A stretch of 62,097 bases of DNA, filler included, from Nitrospirae bacterium CG2_30_53_67 (GTDB taxonomy: Bacteria; CG2-30-53-67), in assembly GCA_001873285.1 (NCBI GenBank). It is 3 parts of 3 records of this genome, joined end to end, with 100 filler letters (N's around TTAATTAATTAA, not from the genome) between each part and the next. Parts side by side here need not be neighbours in the genome. Positions count along the whole stretch, not along the records: positions 26,971 to 44,518 come from MNYV01000051.1; positions 44,619 to 62,097 come from MNYV01000112.1; 1 more part is not named here. One strand, written 5' to 3'. The translations under genes were made by a program, and so were the position numbers. The notes below the pieces were generated by a model, which was not told the origin of the DNA, ran no database searches, and saw only the letters and a program-made list of their open reading frames with translations. Shown piece after piece: positions 38,258 through 47,708 of this stretch (position 1 is the stretch's first letter; each line of letters opens with the position of its first letter).

Positions 38258-40131
38258 CAAAAAAAATCAGACGAAGCCCGGAAATCAAATCTCTCATCAC
38301 GATGGGCAAGGAAAAAGGGTTTCTGACCTACGATGATCTGAACGATGCCCTTCCGGAAGATATGGTGAATTCCGAACAGATTGACGAGCTGATCATGATG
38401 CTCAACAACATGAATATCGAGATCATGGAGACCTCCCAGGAAGGGGGGGACCTGCATAGCAAGCTCCGTCTGGATCATGAACTGGACCAGGAAGATGAAG
38501 AGATTAAGGGCTTCGAGGTGGATTTCAAGGAAGAAGGCGTGGACATAGAGATGGAAGCCGGGATGGAAGGCGCCGCAGATGTGGAAGAGAGGGATCTGCA
38601 CCTCGACCTATCCCCTGGAGTCGTCGGCAAAACCGACGACCCTGTGCGCCTGTATCTCAAAGAGATGGGGACTATCCCGCTACTGAACCGGGAGGGGGAG
38701 GTCAGGATTGCCAAGAGAATCGAGACGGGCCAGAAAAAGATTACGGAAGTCCTGATGAACTCCCCCTTTGTGATCCGTATGGTTCTTTCCCTTGGAAAAC
38801 GGCTCCGGAAGGGAAAGATCTATATCCGGGATGTGGCTTGCGGCAATGAAGAGGACTTCGAGGAATTCTCTTCTTCCGGCGCCTCGGACAATGAACTCAA
38901 GGAACAAACCCTTAAGCTGATCGACGAAGTCCAGGAGCATAACGAGAATCTCCTTTATCTCCAGGGGCGCATCCAGGATCCGCGGATCAAAAAGAAAGAG
39001 ACGCTGGAAAAATACCGGAGCGGGATCGAGAAAACCAAGGAGAAGATCATCTCTTTGATGAAGCAGATCAATTTTCATCCGGATTATATCGAGCGGTTCA
39101 CGCTCAGGCTCAAGACCATCGTGGAACGTATCGATACCCTTCAGAAGGAGATCAGAAACTGCGAGAAGGCCGCGCGGCTTTCTTCCGAAGATGTCCTGGC
39201 CTATGTCAACGCCAAGCGGATGACCCCGAGGCGCAGGAAAATCGAGCGTGCAGCGAGGGTCAAGCCGGAGAGGCTGAAACTGATCGGACTCAGGCTGAAA
39301 AGGGCGCTGAAACAGATACGCATGATTGAGAAGACATTCGAGCAGGATTCCGAATACTTCAAAAAAGCCCTGAAGAAACTCAAGGCCGGAGAAACCGAGG
39401 CCCTGAGCGCCAAGGCCGAGATGGTTGAAGCCAACCTGAGGCTGGTCGTGAGCATCGCCAAGAAGTACACCAACCGGGGTCTTCTCTTTTTAGACCTGAT
39501 CCAGGAGGGTAATATCGGGCTCATGAAGGCTGTGGACAAATTTGAATACCGCCGGGGATACAAGTTCAGCACGTATGCCACCTGGTGGATCCGGCAGGCC
39601 ATCACACGGGCCATTGCGGACCAGGCCAGAACCATCCGGATTCCGGTACACATGATTGAGACCATTAACAAACTGATCAGGACGACCAGGCTTCTGGTCC
39701 AGGAAATGGGAAGGGAACCCACGCCCGAAGAGATCTCCAAGGAAATGGATCTTCCCGTTGAGAAGGTCCGTAAGGTGCTGAAGATCGCGAAGGAACCCAT
39801 ATCTCTGGAGACCCCGGTAGGAGAAGAGGAAGACAGCCATCTCGGCGACTTCATCGAGGACAAGAAGATCATGTCCCCGTCGGAGGCCGTGGTCAAGATC
39901 AACCTCCAAGAGACGGTCGGGAAGGTCCTTCAGACGTTGACGCCCAGGGAAGAGAAGGTCCTCAGGAAACGATTCGGCATCGGAGAGGCCACGGACCATA
40001 CCCTGGAGGAAGTTGGACAGGAATTTAAGGTCACGCGTGAGCGAATCAGGCAGATCGAGGCCAAGGCGCTTCGAAAGCTCAGGCATCCGACTCGAAGCAG
40101 GATCTTGAAGGCCTTCATTGAAGGTTCATAA
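38254..40131 (+). CDS. rpoD: Primary RNA polymerase sigma factor
   Basis: Region 1.1, [48 protein letters not shown]. Confidence 0.98.
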   Translation: MTKKIRRSPEIKSLITMGKEKGFLTYDDLNDALPEDMVNSEQIDELIMMLNNMNIEIMETSQEGGDLHSKLRLDHELDQEDEEIKGFEVDFKEEGVDIEMEAGMEGAADVEERDLHLDLSPGVVGKTDDPVRLYLKEMGTIPLLNREGEVRIAKRIETGQKKITEVLMNSPFVIRMVLSLGKRLRKGKIYIRDVACGNEEDFEEFSSSGASDNELKEQTLKLIDEVQEHNENLLYLQGRIQDPRIKKKETLEKYRSGIEKTKEKIISLMKQINFHPDYIERFTLRLKTIVERIDTLQKEIRNCEKAARLSSEDVLAYVNAKRMTPRRRKIERAARVKPERLKLIGLRLKRALKQIRMIEKTFEQDSEYFKKALKKLKAGETEALSAKAEMVEANLRLVVSIAKKYTNRGLLFLDLIQEGNIGLMKAVDKFEYRRGYKFSTYATWWIRQAITRAIADQARTIRIPVHMIETINKLIRTTRLLVQEMGREPTPEEISKEMDLPVEKVRKVLKIAKEPISLETPVGEEEDSHLGDFIEDKKIMSPSEAVVKINLQETVGKVLQTLTPREEKVLRKRFGIGEATDHTLEEVGQEFKVTRERIRQIEAKALRKLRHPTRSRILKAFIEGS

Positions 40132-40179
40132 ATGGGTGACCCTCAAAGATCTCTCCTGCATAGTGAGAAATATTTCAGT

Positions 40180-42294
40180 ATGAGAGTTCATTACAGGTTT
40201 TGGAACCTCCTCGTTTTTTTGGGGAGCCTGCTTTTCGCTTCGCAGGCCTTCGCCTACATCGGCCCCGGCGCGGGGTTTGCGTTCTTCAGCTCTTTTCTGG
40301 TATTTGCCCTTTCCTTTTTAACCGCCATTGTAGCCATTATAATGTTCCCAGTCCGCCTCTTGCTGCGGGGAGTTCTAAAAAAACAAGGTGGACATACCCA
40401 AAAGATTCAGACAAAAAAGAAGGTGATTATCGCCGGGTTGGACGGCCTCTCTCCCATGCTGCTGCAAAAATTTATGGACAAGGGCCTCCTTCCAAACTTC
40501 AAAAAACTCAAAGAAACGGGGACCTTCAGGACCCTCGGGACGACTACCCCGCCGATTTCTCCGGTCGCCTGGTCTTCGTTCAGCACCGGCTGCAATCCGG
40601 GAAGACACAATATCTTTGATTTTCTGACCCGTGACCCTAAGACCTATATGCCGGTGCTTGCCTTGGCGGAGGTGGAGAAGCCGGCCAAAACCTTATCCCT
40701 GGGTAAATACCGGATCCCTCTTTCAAAGCCGGGTATTTATTCCTATCGCAAGGGGAGTACCCTTTGGGGCGTTCTGGGAAAACACGGCATTCCAGGCATT
40801 GTCATCCGGGTTCCTGTGACCTTCCCTCCCGACACGTTCAGCGGAAGAATTCTTTCATCCATGGGGGTACCGGACCTGCGGGGCACACAGGGAACCTTCT
40901 CTTCATATACATCCCTGGACGGTGCAGAGGCAAAGAGTACTGGAGGAGAGCGGTTTTATGTCCGTGTACTGAACAATAAGGTGAAAGGACTCCTTCGTGG
41001 TCCTGATAATACTCTCTTAAAGCACCCCGAACCCTTAACCGTACCGTTCACCATTCATCTGAACCCGGCAGGGGGCAAGGCGGCGCTTTCCCTGCAGGGA
41101 AAGGAGACCCCCCTGAAGGTCGGGGAATACAGCGAGTGGGCGCCTGTGACCTTCAAGATGGGCCTGGGGATCAAGGTGCACGGCATTTGCCGGTTCCTTC
41201 TCAGAAGCGTGTCTCCGGATTTTCAGCTTTATGTTTCCCCGATCAATATCGACCCGGAGAGGCCGGCGCTTCCCATTTCCTATCCTTTGATCTATTCGCT
41301 TTACCTTTCGAAGGTCATCGGCAGATTTTCCACGCTTGGCCTGGCCGAGGATACCTGGGCATTGAACGAAGGCGCTCTGGATGATGCGGCTTTTCTCGAT
41401 CAGTGTTACCTCAACCATGAAGATCGGGAGAAGATGCTTTTCCATGAACTCAAACGGTTCAAGAGAGGACTTCTCTGCTGTGTTTTTGACACCACGGACA
41501 GGATCCAGCACATGTTCTGGCGGAACATGGATCCGGCTCATCCCATGCACAGAAACGGGAGCGAGGCGGACTTCACGGTTTTTGAAGAACTTTATAGGCG
41601 GATGGATGATCTGGTCGGCCGTTTGATGGAGAAGATCGATCGGGATACGCTCTTCATGGTGATTTCCGATCACGGATTCGGCTCATTCCGGCGGGGGATC
41701 AATCTCAATTCATGGCTTTACCGGAATGGACTTCTTGCCCTTATCGAGGGCGCCGACGGGAAAAGCGGCCAGCTCTTTGAAAAGGTGGACTGGGGTCAAA
41801 CCCGGGCCTATGCCATCGGCCTCAGCGGGATCTTTATCAATCAGAAGGGAAGAGAGGCAAAAGGAATTGTGGAACCTGGACAAGAGACGGAAAAGGTAAA
41901 AAATGAAATCATTCAGAAGCTCGCAACCCTCAAAGATGAAAAGACGGATCAGACCGCGATTTCTCACGTCATGAGAAGGGAAGACCTTTATTCCGGCCCC
42001 AGCATGGAGAATGCGCCGGATCTGATTGTGTCTTATACAGAAGGATACCGGGCCTCCTGGGATTCGGTCATGGGCGGGGTTTCTGCGGATCTGATTGAGG
42101 ACAATCTCAAGGCATGGAGCGGGGACCACAGCATGCACCCGGATCACATCCCGGGCGTCTTCCTCTGTAATCGGAAAATGGTTTCCCACAAAATAAGACT
42201 CATGGATCTCACGCCTACGGTACTCAAGGTATTCGGGGTTCCCGTCCCCATTGAAATGGACGGCCGGCCTGCAGTTTTTGAAACGGAGAAGTGA
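40180..42294 (+). CDS. AlkP superfamily (type I phosphodiesterase/nucleotide pyrophosphatase-like) protein with N-terminal YIGPGAG membrane segment
   Basis: GLDG, PPISPVAWSSFSTG, DRIQH, SDHGF, WSGDH; signal peptide then AYIGPGAG and TM helix. Confidence 0.85.
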   Translation: MRVHYRFWNLLVFLGSLLFASQAFAYIGPGAGFAFFSSFLVFALSFLTAIVAIIMFPVRLLLRGVLKKQGGHTQKIQTKKKVIIAGLDGLSPMLLQKFMDKGLLPNFKKLKETGTFRTLGTTTPPISPVAWSSFSTGCNPGRHNIFDFLTRDPKTYMPVLALAEVEKPAKTLSLGKYRIPLSKPGIYSYRKGSTLWGVLGKHGIPGIVIRVPVTFPPDTFSGRILSSMGVPDLRGTQGTFSSYTSLDGAEAKSTGGERFYVRVLNNKVKGLLRGPDNTLLKHPEPLTVPFTIHLNPAGGKAALSLQGKETPLKVGEYSEWAPVTFKMGLGIKVHGICRFLLRSVSPDFQLYVSPINIDPERPALPISYPLIYSLYLSKVIGRFSTLGLAEDTWALNEGALDDAAFLDQCYLNHEDREKMLFHELKRFKRGLLCCVFDTTDRIQHMFWRNMDPAHPMHRNGSEADFTVFEELYRRMDDLVGRLMEKIDRDTLFMVISDHGFGSFRRGINLNSWLYRNGLLALIEGADGKSGQLFEKVDWGQTRAYAIGLSGIFINQKGREAKGIVEPGQETEKVKNEIIQKLATLKDEKTDQTAISHVMRREDLYSGPSMENAPDLIVSYTEGYRASWDSVMGGVSADLIEDNLKAWSGDHSMHPDHIPGVFLCNRKMVSHKIRLMDLTPTVLKVFGVPVPIEMDGRPAVFETEK

Positions 42295-44249
42295 CTATGT
42301 TCAATAAGAAAATGATTATCGGTGTTTTTTTATTATTCATCATGGTTGTTTCCGGGTGCGGACAACGGAATGCAGAGCCGGGTAAAAAGGTTCTCATCCT
42401 GGGGTTCGACGGCATGGACTTAGAGAGAACCAAGGTCATGATGGATGCGGGAGAACTTCCCAACTTTGCAAAATTACGGGACATGGGCGGTTTTTCACCG
42501 TTAGCCACCACCATCCCGCCTCAGAGCCCGGTGGCCTGGGCCACGTTCAGTACAGGTTTGAACCCCGGTGAACATAATATCTTTGATTTTCTAAGACGGG
42601 ATCCGGATACTTATTTCCCTGCCCTCTCCATGGCAGACGTCAAAGAACCGAAAAGAAAATTGGGCATCGGGCGTTGGAGCATTCCTCTCTCCTCACCGGA
42701 GATTAAGAACTTCCGTGAGGGGGTCCCGTTCTGGAAGGTCCTTTCCGATCATGGGATTCCGGTTTCGGTCCTCAGGGTCCCGGTCAATTTCCCTCCGGAC
42801 GAATGCGGCCATCAGCTCTCGGGCATGGGGACGCCTGACATGCTCGGAACCATGGGAACCTTTTCGTTTTTCACCAACCGCCCTGTAGATAAGACAACCG
42901 AAACAGGCGGACGGATCCAGGAGGTGGAGATCAGGAACAACACCGTTGAGGCCGGCATTGAAGGACCCAATAACCCTTATAAAAAAGGGGAAGTGAAACT
43001 CACCGTGCCTTTTAAGGTCTATATGGATCCGGCTTCCGAAACCATAGAACTCAGGCTCCAGGATCAGAGTCTCTTTCTCAAGAGAGGTGACTGGAGCAGA
43101 TGGGTGAAGGTCCGTTTTGAATTTATGCCTATGATGAATGCCACGGGGATCGTCCGTTTTTATCTGAAAGAGATCGAACCTTATTTCGAACTCTACATGT
43201 CACCCATCAACATTGACCCTAAGAATCCGGCGCTTCCGGTTTCCTACCCATCGGGGTATTCCAAAGAGCTTGCCAAGGAAGGCGGACCTTTTTATACACA
43301 GGGTATCGCGGAGGATACCTGGGCCCTGAACCAGAAACGCCTGGATGATGAATCCTTTTTAAAGCAGAGCGAGATCGTATTCGAAGAGACCCTGAGAAAC
43401 TTTCACCATGAATGGCGGGATTTTCACTCCGGTCTTCTTATCAGTTACTTTTCTTCGACCGATCCTCTGCAGCATATGTTCTACCGGTATACGGATCCGG
43501 AATGTCCAGGCTATGATGCGGAGAAGGCAAAGCGTTACGGCTCGGTAATCCCCGATACCTACAAAAAGATGGACCGGGTCTTAGGCGAAGTGCTCTCCGC
43601 CATGGACAAGGATATGACGCTGATTGTGGTCTCAGACCATGGCTTTGCCCCCTTCAGAAGAGCCGTGCATGTCAACCGCTGGCTGGTGGAAAAAGGGTAC
43701 ATGGTTTTAAAGGGCCCCTCTCTTCAGGAGAGCGGGGAATTTTTCGATAACGTGGATTGGGAGAAAACCCGTGCCTATGCCATTGGTTTGAACGGGATTT
43801 ACTTAAACATGGCCGGCAGGGAAAAGAACGGAATCGTGCAGCAAGAAGAAGCGGATGCATTGAAGGCGGAACTGATCCGTGGGCTTGAGGCCGTGGTTGA
43901 TCCGGATAACGGCAAAAAGATGGTGAACAAGGTCTACAGGGGCGACCAGGCCTATTCCGGGCAATATGCAGGGAATGCGCCGGATCTGGTCGTGGGTTAT
44001 ACACGCGGGTATCGCGGCTCCTGGCAGACAGCGCTCGGAGCAGCCCCAAAGGTATTGGTGGAGGATAACCTGAAGGCCTGGAGCGGAGACCATTGTATCG
44101 ATCCGGCGCTGGTCCCGGGTATTCTTCTCTCCAATAAGAAGATCATGAATAAAACGAATCCTTCTCTGATGGATATCGCCCCGACCGTACTGAATGAGTT
44201 CCATATGGCTCCTTTGCCTGCCATGACGGGGAAGGATGTATTGGAGTAG
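42291..44249 (+). CDS. AlkP superfamily lipoprotein, paralogue of the upstream gene
   Basis: Lipobox VSGC; GFDG, PPQSPVAWATFSTG, DPLQH, SDHGF, WSGDH. Confidence 0.85.
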   Translation: MTMFNKKMIIGVFLLFIMVVSGCGQRNAEPGKKVLILGFDGMDLERTKVMMDAGELPNFAKLRDMGGFSPLATTIPPQSPVAWATFSTGLNPGEHNIFDFLRRDPDTYFPALSMADVKEPKRKLGIGRWSIPLSSPEIKNFREGVPFWKVLSDHGIPVSVLRVPVNFPPDECGHQLSGMGTPDMLGTMGTFSFFTNRPVDKTTETGGRIQEVEIRNNTVEAGIEGPNNPYKKGEVKLTVPFKVYMDPASETIELRLQDQSLFLKRGDWSRWVKVRFEFMPMMNATGIVRFYLKEIEPYFELYMSPINIDPKNPALPVSYPSGYSKELAKEGGPFYTQGIAEDTWALNQKRLDDESFLKQSEIVFEETLRNFHHEWRDFHSGLLISYFSSTDPLQHMFYRYTDPECPGYDAEKAKRYGSVIPDTYKKMDRVLGEVLSAMDKDMTLIVVSDHGFAPFRRAVHVNRWLVEKGYMVLKGPSLQESGEFFDNVDWEKTRAYAIGLNGIYLNMAGREKNGIVQQEEADALKAELIRGLEAVVDPDNGKKMVNKVYRGDQAYSGQYAGNAPDLVVGYTRGYRGSWQTALGAAPKVLVEDNLKAWSGDHCIDPALVPGILLSNKKIMNKTNPSLMDIAPTVLNEFHMAPLPAMTGKDVLE

Positions 44250-44260
44250 GCCGGAACTTA

Positions 44261-44442
44261 GTGGTCCTATTCGTAAATACGGTCGCATTCGAGGGTCGTA
44301 GGGCGGCCTCATCTGCGTTCCGCTCCTTGCGGCGTACCAGAGGGTACGCCTCAGTCGCGCGCCTTGATAAGACCGCCCTACGACCCTCTACCGGTAAACC
44401 GAGTACAAGTCGGTACGTTACCCTATTTACGAACAGGACCAC
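44261..44442. mobile_element. MITE family B, copy 1 (carries a 21-bp insert)
   Basis: TIRs GTGGTCCTATTCGTAAATA / TATTTACGAACAGGACCAC; TTA on both flanks; near-identical copy at 61866-62028. Confidence 0.88.
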
Positions 44443-44459
44443 TTAGGAAAGGTGTGATC

Positions 44460-44518
44460 ATGTTTAAGAAAAAAATTCCCATCGACAAAGATCTCTTTGA
44501 ACGTGCTTCTCTGTTTGC
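44460..44518 (+). CDS. Start of a small protein (MFKKKIPIDKDLFERASLF...), truncated by contig end
   Basis: AAGGTG upstream of ATG; open to the gap. Confidence 0.45.
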
Positions 44519-44618
44519 NNNNNNNNNNNNNNNNNNNNNNNNNNNNNNNNNNNNNNNNNNNNTTAATTAATTAANNNNNNNNNNNNNNNNNNNNNNNNNN
44601 NNNNNNNNNNNNNNNNNN
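44519..44618. other. Artificial contig linker
   Basis: 100-nt N block with TTAATTAATTAA at 44563-44574. Confidence 0.95.
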
Positions 44619-44681
44619 ACGGACCTCCGGCGCCCGGATATCCTGATTCACCCGCTCTTTCTGGTTGTCTCTTTTTTTTAT
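44619..44681 (-). CDS. infC: Translation initiation factor IF-3, 5' fragment with ATA start (truncated by contig end)
   Basis: AAGGAGGTG then ATA-KKRDNQKERVNQDIRAPEVR, like the IF3 RINxxIRAxEVR motif; downstream of thrS; absent from the ORF track. Confidence 0.85.
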
Positions 44682-44706
44682 ACAATCACCTCCTTCAATA
44701 AATTAA

Positions 44707-44963
44707 GGTTCTTCTCCTCTACGAGCCCTCGGCCATATAGTGGGTAAGAAGGGGTCAAGGATTCCAGGGGTCAAGGGGTCAAGTGAGATACTGAAATGCA
44801 ATCAAAATCTCCAGAAAAAAACACTGGAACCCTTGACCCTTGATGTTTTCAGCACTTCACTTGACCCCTTGAATCCTTGACCCCTCGGACCCTCAAGTCT
44901 TGAAAAGCACTTCACTTGACCCCTTGAACCCTTATGTTTTCACCCGCTCTTTTGGAGATGACC
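44707..44963. mobile_element. MITE family A copy between thrS and infC
   Basis: Same ends and 8-bp repeat arrays as 14630-14988; 16-bp insert at 44718-44733. Confidence 0.8.
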
Positions 44964-44995
44964 CACCGGCAATATCCCATTCCCGGACAAAAAGA

Positions 44996-46942
44996 TCACA
45001 CCCGCTCGACGGTCTCTTCCGGTATGCGCTTCTCTTCTATTTCCTTCCGGATGTCTTGAATAGAAGATTCGATGTCCTTTGTCCCCAGATCTCCCCGGTC
45101 CCTGGATCGTAGTGAGATCTTCGATGCCTCCATCTCCCGTTCCCCTACAATGATCATGTAGGGGACTTTCTGGACCTGCGCCTCCCGGATTTTGTATCCC
45201 ATCTTCTCATTTCTCGCGTCCAGATCGGTGCGGATCCCGGCCTTGACGAATTTCTCTTTGACCTCGGCGGCGTAAGGGAGATGTTTGTCCGTGATATTGA
45301 TCACCACAGCCTGTACCGGCGCCAGCCAGACAGGAAACCTTCCTGCATAATGTTCGATGAGCACGGCCATGAAACGTTCCAGCGATCCCAGAATCACCCG
45401 GTGGAGCATGACCGGCCTGTGTTCCGTGCCGTCCTGCCCCGCATAACGGAGTTTGAATCGTTCAGGAAGGGTGAAATCACACTGGATCGTGGCGCATTGC
45501 CAGCTCCGTCCGATCGCGTCTTTGATCTTGACATCAATCTTGGGACCGTAGAATGCCCCGTCTCCCTCATTGATCGTGTAGGCAAGCCGGCGCTCTTTCA
45601 GCGCATCCATGAGCGCCCGGGTGGCCCGCTCCCAGTCCTCGTCGGATCCGATGGATTTTTCCGGACGGGTGCTGATCTCCAGGGTGTACTCGAATCCGAA
45701 AATCTTCATGACGTCCCGCACGAAATCCATGATTCCGATGATCTCGCCGGTCATCTGTTCGGGGAGACAAAAGATATGGGCATCGTCCTGGGTAAACCCT
45801 CTGACCCTGAGCAGACCGTGCAGCACACCGGTCTTTTCATGCCGGTGGACCATCCCGAGTTCGAAGAACCGGATCGGGAGGTCACGGTAACTTCGTGTCT
45901 TGGACTTGAAAATCATCATGTGGGCCGGGCAGTTCATGGGTTTGATCCCATATTCTTTCCCCTCGATCTCAGTGAAATACATGTTTTCCTTGTAGTAGTC
46001 ATAGTGGCCTGAGATCCGCCATACATCGCTCTTTAAGATCTGAGGCCCGATGACCGGCAAATAACCTCTCTTCAGGTGTTCGGACTTCTCAAAATCCTCC
46101 AGGATCCACCGGAGCATGGCCCCTTTCGGATGGTACAGGATCAGGCCGGCCCCGACGGTCTCGTTGATCTCGAAAAGATCGAGTTCCCGGCCAAGCCGCC
46201 GGTGGTCTCTCTTTTCGGCCTCCTCGATCATTTTCAAGTGGTTCCGGAGTCTTTCCTCCCGTGCAAAAGAGGTTCCGTAAATCCGCTGGAGCATGGGGTT
46301 CCTCTCGTCTCCTCTCCAATACGCTCCGGCCACATTCAAGAGCTTGAAGTGCTTCAGCATGGACGTATTGGGAAGATGAGGCCCGCGGCAGAGGTCCACG
46401 AAATCCCCTTGGGCATAGAGCGAGACCGTGGATTCATTCATCAGATTCCGAATCAGCTCCACCTTGTAGGGTTCGCGCCTCTTCTCAAAAAACGAGATGG
46501 CTTCACCCGGGGTCATTTCCATCCTGACCACCGGATAGGCCCTTCGTATGATCTCCTGCATCCGTTCCGTGATTTTATCCAAATCCTCCGGGGTGAACGG
46601 CTTTGCCGTATCGAAATCATAATAGAACCCGTTCTCTATGGTGGGGCCGATGGCGAGCCGGGTATCCGGAAAGAGCTCTTTCACGGACTGGGCCATGATA
46701 TGCGACGAGGTATGCCTCAATATCTCCTCACCCTCCGGAGATTCCATAAGAATGGTCTCTATTTCACAGGGCTCTGAGATCCGAACACAAAGATCCGCCG
46801 CTTTCCCGTTGCATATCACGGCCGCGGTATTTTTCTTGACGTCAGGATCCAATCGCTCCAGAACCTTTGAGATCTCTGTTCCCGCATCCACTTCCATGCC
46901 GTCCATGTTGCCGATACGAACTCTGACTTTCTCTTTTCCCAT
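44996..46942 (-). CDS. thrS: Threonine--tRNA ligase
   Basis: RHTSSH, DLCRGPH, GAYWRGD, RDHRRLG, KPMNCP, QDDAH, GAFYGPK; true start MGKEKV (the longer ORF call runs into the tRNA). Confidence 0.98.
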   Translation of the reverse strand: MGKEKVRVRIGNMDGMEVDAGTEISKVLERLDPDVKKNTAAVICNGKAADLCVRISEPCEIETILMESPEGEEILRHTSSHIMAQSVKELFPDTRLAIGPTIENGFYYDFDTAKPFTPEDLDKITERMQEIIRRAYPVVRMEMTPGEAISFFEKRREPYKVELIRNLMNESTVSLYAQGDFVDLCRGPHLPNTSMLKHFKLLNVAGAYWRGDERNPMLQRIYGTSFAREERLRNHLKMIEEAEKRDHRRLGRELDLFEINETVGAGLILYHPKGAMLRWILEDFEKSEHLKRGYLPVIGPQILKSDVWRISGHYDYYKENMYFTEIEGKEYGIKPMNCPAHMMIFKSKTRSYRDLPIRFFELGMVHRHEKTGVLHGLLRVRGFTQDDAHIFCLPEQMTGEIIGIMDFVRDVMKIFGFEYTLEISTRPEKSIGSDEDWERATRALMDALKERRLAYTINEGDGAFYGPKIDVKIKDAIGRSWQCATIQCDFTLPERFKLRYAGQDGTEHRPVMLHRVILGSLERFMAVLIEHYAGRFPVWLAPVQAVVINITDKHLPYAAEVKEKFVKAGIRTDLDARNEKMGYKIREAQVQKVPYMIIVGEREMEASKISLRSRDRGDLGTKDIESSIQDIRKEIEEKRIPEETVERV

Positions 46943-46972
46943 CGTATGTTCCACAGGATAGAAATAGAAAAA

Positions 46973-47008
46973 GGGCATCACATCCAAGTACGATCCGTTG
47001 TGACGCCC
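46973..47008 (-). promoter_or_regulatory. thrS leader hairpin (candidate tRNA-Thr anticodon mimic or terminator)
   Basis: GGGCGUCACA...UGUGAUGCCC stem, apical AUCGUAC loop, followed by a U-rich tract. Confidence 0.45.
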
Positions 47009-47058
47009 CCCTATCATGATTATTTCACAAATATTCCCCGGATTTGATTCATTCCTTA

Positions 47059-47135
47059 TGGTAGGCGGTACTGGAGTTGAACCAGCGACCTCCACGATGT
47101 CAACGTGGCGCTCTAACCAACTGAGCTAACCGCCT
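47059..47135 (-). tRNA. tRNA-Val(GAC)
   Basis: AGGCGGTTAGCTCAGTTGGTTAGAGCG-CCACG-TTGACAT-CGTGG-AGGTCGCTGGTTCAACTCCAGT-ACCGCCT-ACCA cloverleaf. Confidence 0.97.
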
Positions 47136-47302
47136 TTATGATCTTTTTATCAAGGTAATTTAATTGATTTTACAAGATTTTGTCAAGACAAAAATAATGC
47201 GTTCTCACGCACTTTCCACGTGAAATGAGGGTCAAAATGACTCCCGAGCCCTTTGAATCGGTCTGATCCGACCATTAAAAGGTCTGCTTTCGGGCTGCAG
47301 CC

Positions 47303-47572
47303 TCAGATGGATTCACGCAGTTCCTTGCCCGGCGAGAACTTAGCGACTTTTCTTGCTTTAATCTTGATCATCTCACCGGTCCTCGGATTTCTCCCGTCAC
47401 GCGCCTTTCTCTTGGCCACTGAAAAGGTGCCGAATCCCATGAGCGTCACCTTTTCACCCTTTTTAAGGGCCTTGGATATATTCGTGATCAGGGAATCCAG
47501 ACTCTTCCCGGCTGAGGTCTTGCTGACATTCGCGTCGGCGGCCATCGCTTCAATCAATTCTGCTTTAGTCAT
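47303..47572 (-). CDS. hup: DNA-binding protein HU
   Basis: MTKAELIEAMA, GFGTFSV, GRNPRTGE, KFSPGKEL. Confidence 0.93.
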   Translation of the reverse strand: MTKAELIEAMAADANVSKTSAGKSLDSLITNISKALKKGEKVTLMGFGTFSVAKRKARDGRNPRTGEMIKIKARKVAKFSPGKELRESI

Positions 47573-47651
47573 TTGTTCTCCTCCCCCTTGAAATTTAAAA
47601 AATATATTTTTAAGATGAACATCACTTGCAAGGCGGTAAAAAATGCAGTAT

Positions 47652-47680
47652 AATATAACAACCCGCCATGAACTTGTCAA
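47652..47680 (-). promoter_or_regulatory. sigma70 promoter of the HU gene
   Basis: TTGACA-17 bp-TATATT. Confidence 0.7.
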
Positions 47681-47708
47681 GGGAAAACAGATTGCCATGC
47701 AGGGATGG

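Noticed and set aside
46943..47095. 51-aa N-terminal extension of ThrS in the ORF track
   Set aside because: It overlaps tRNA-Val and the leader hairpin. The HisB, NIL-ferredoxin, HU, IhfB and MutS2 calls were trimmed for similar reasons.
47059..47135. tRNA-Val as an integration site for an island
   Set aside because: No integrase and no duplicated tRNA 3' end seen; the flanks are core genes.
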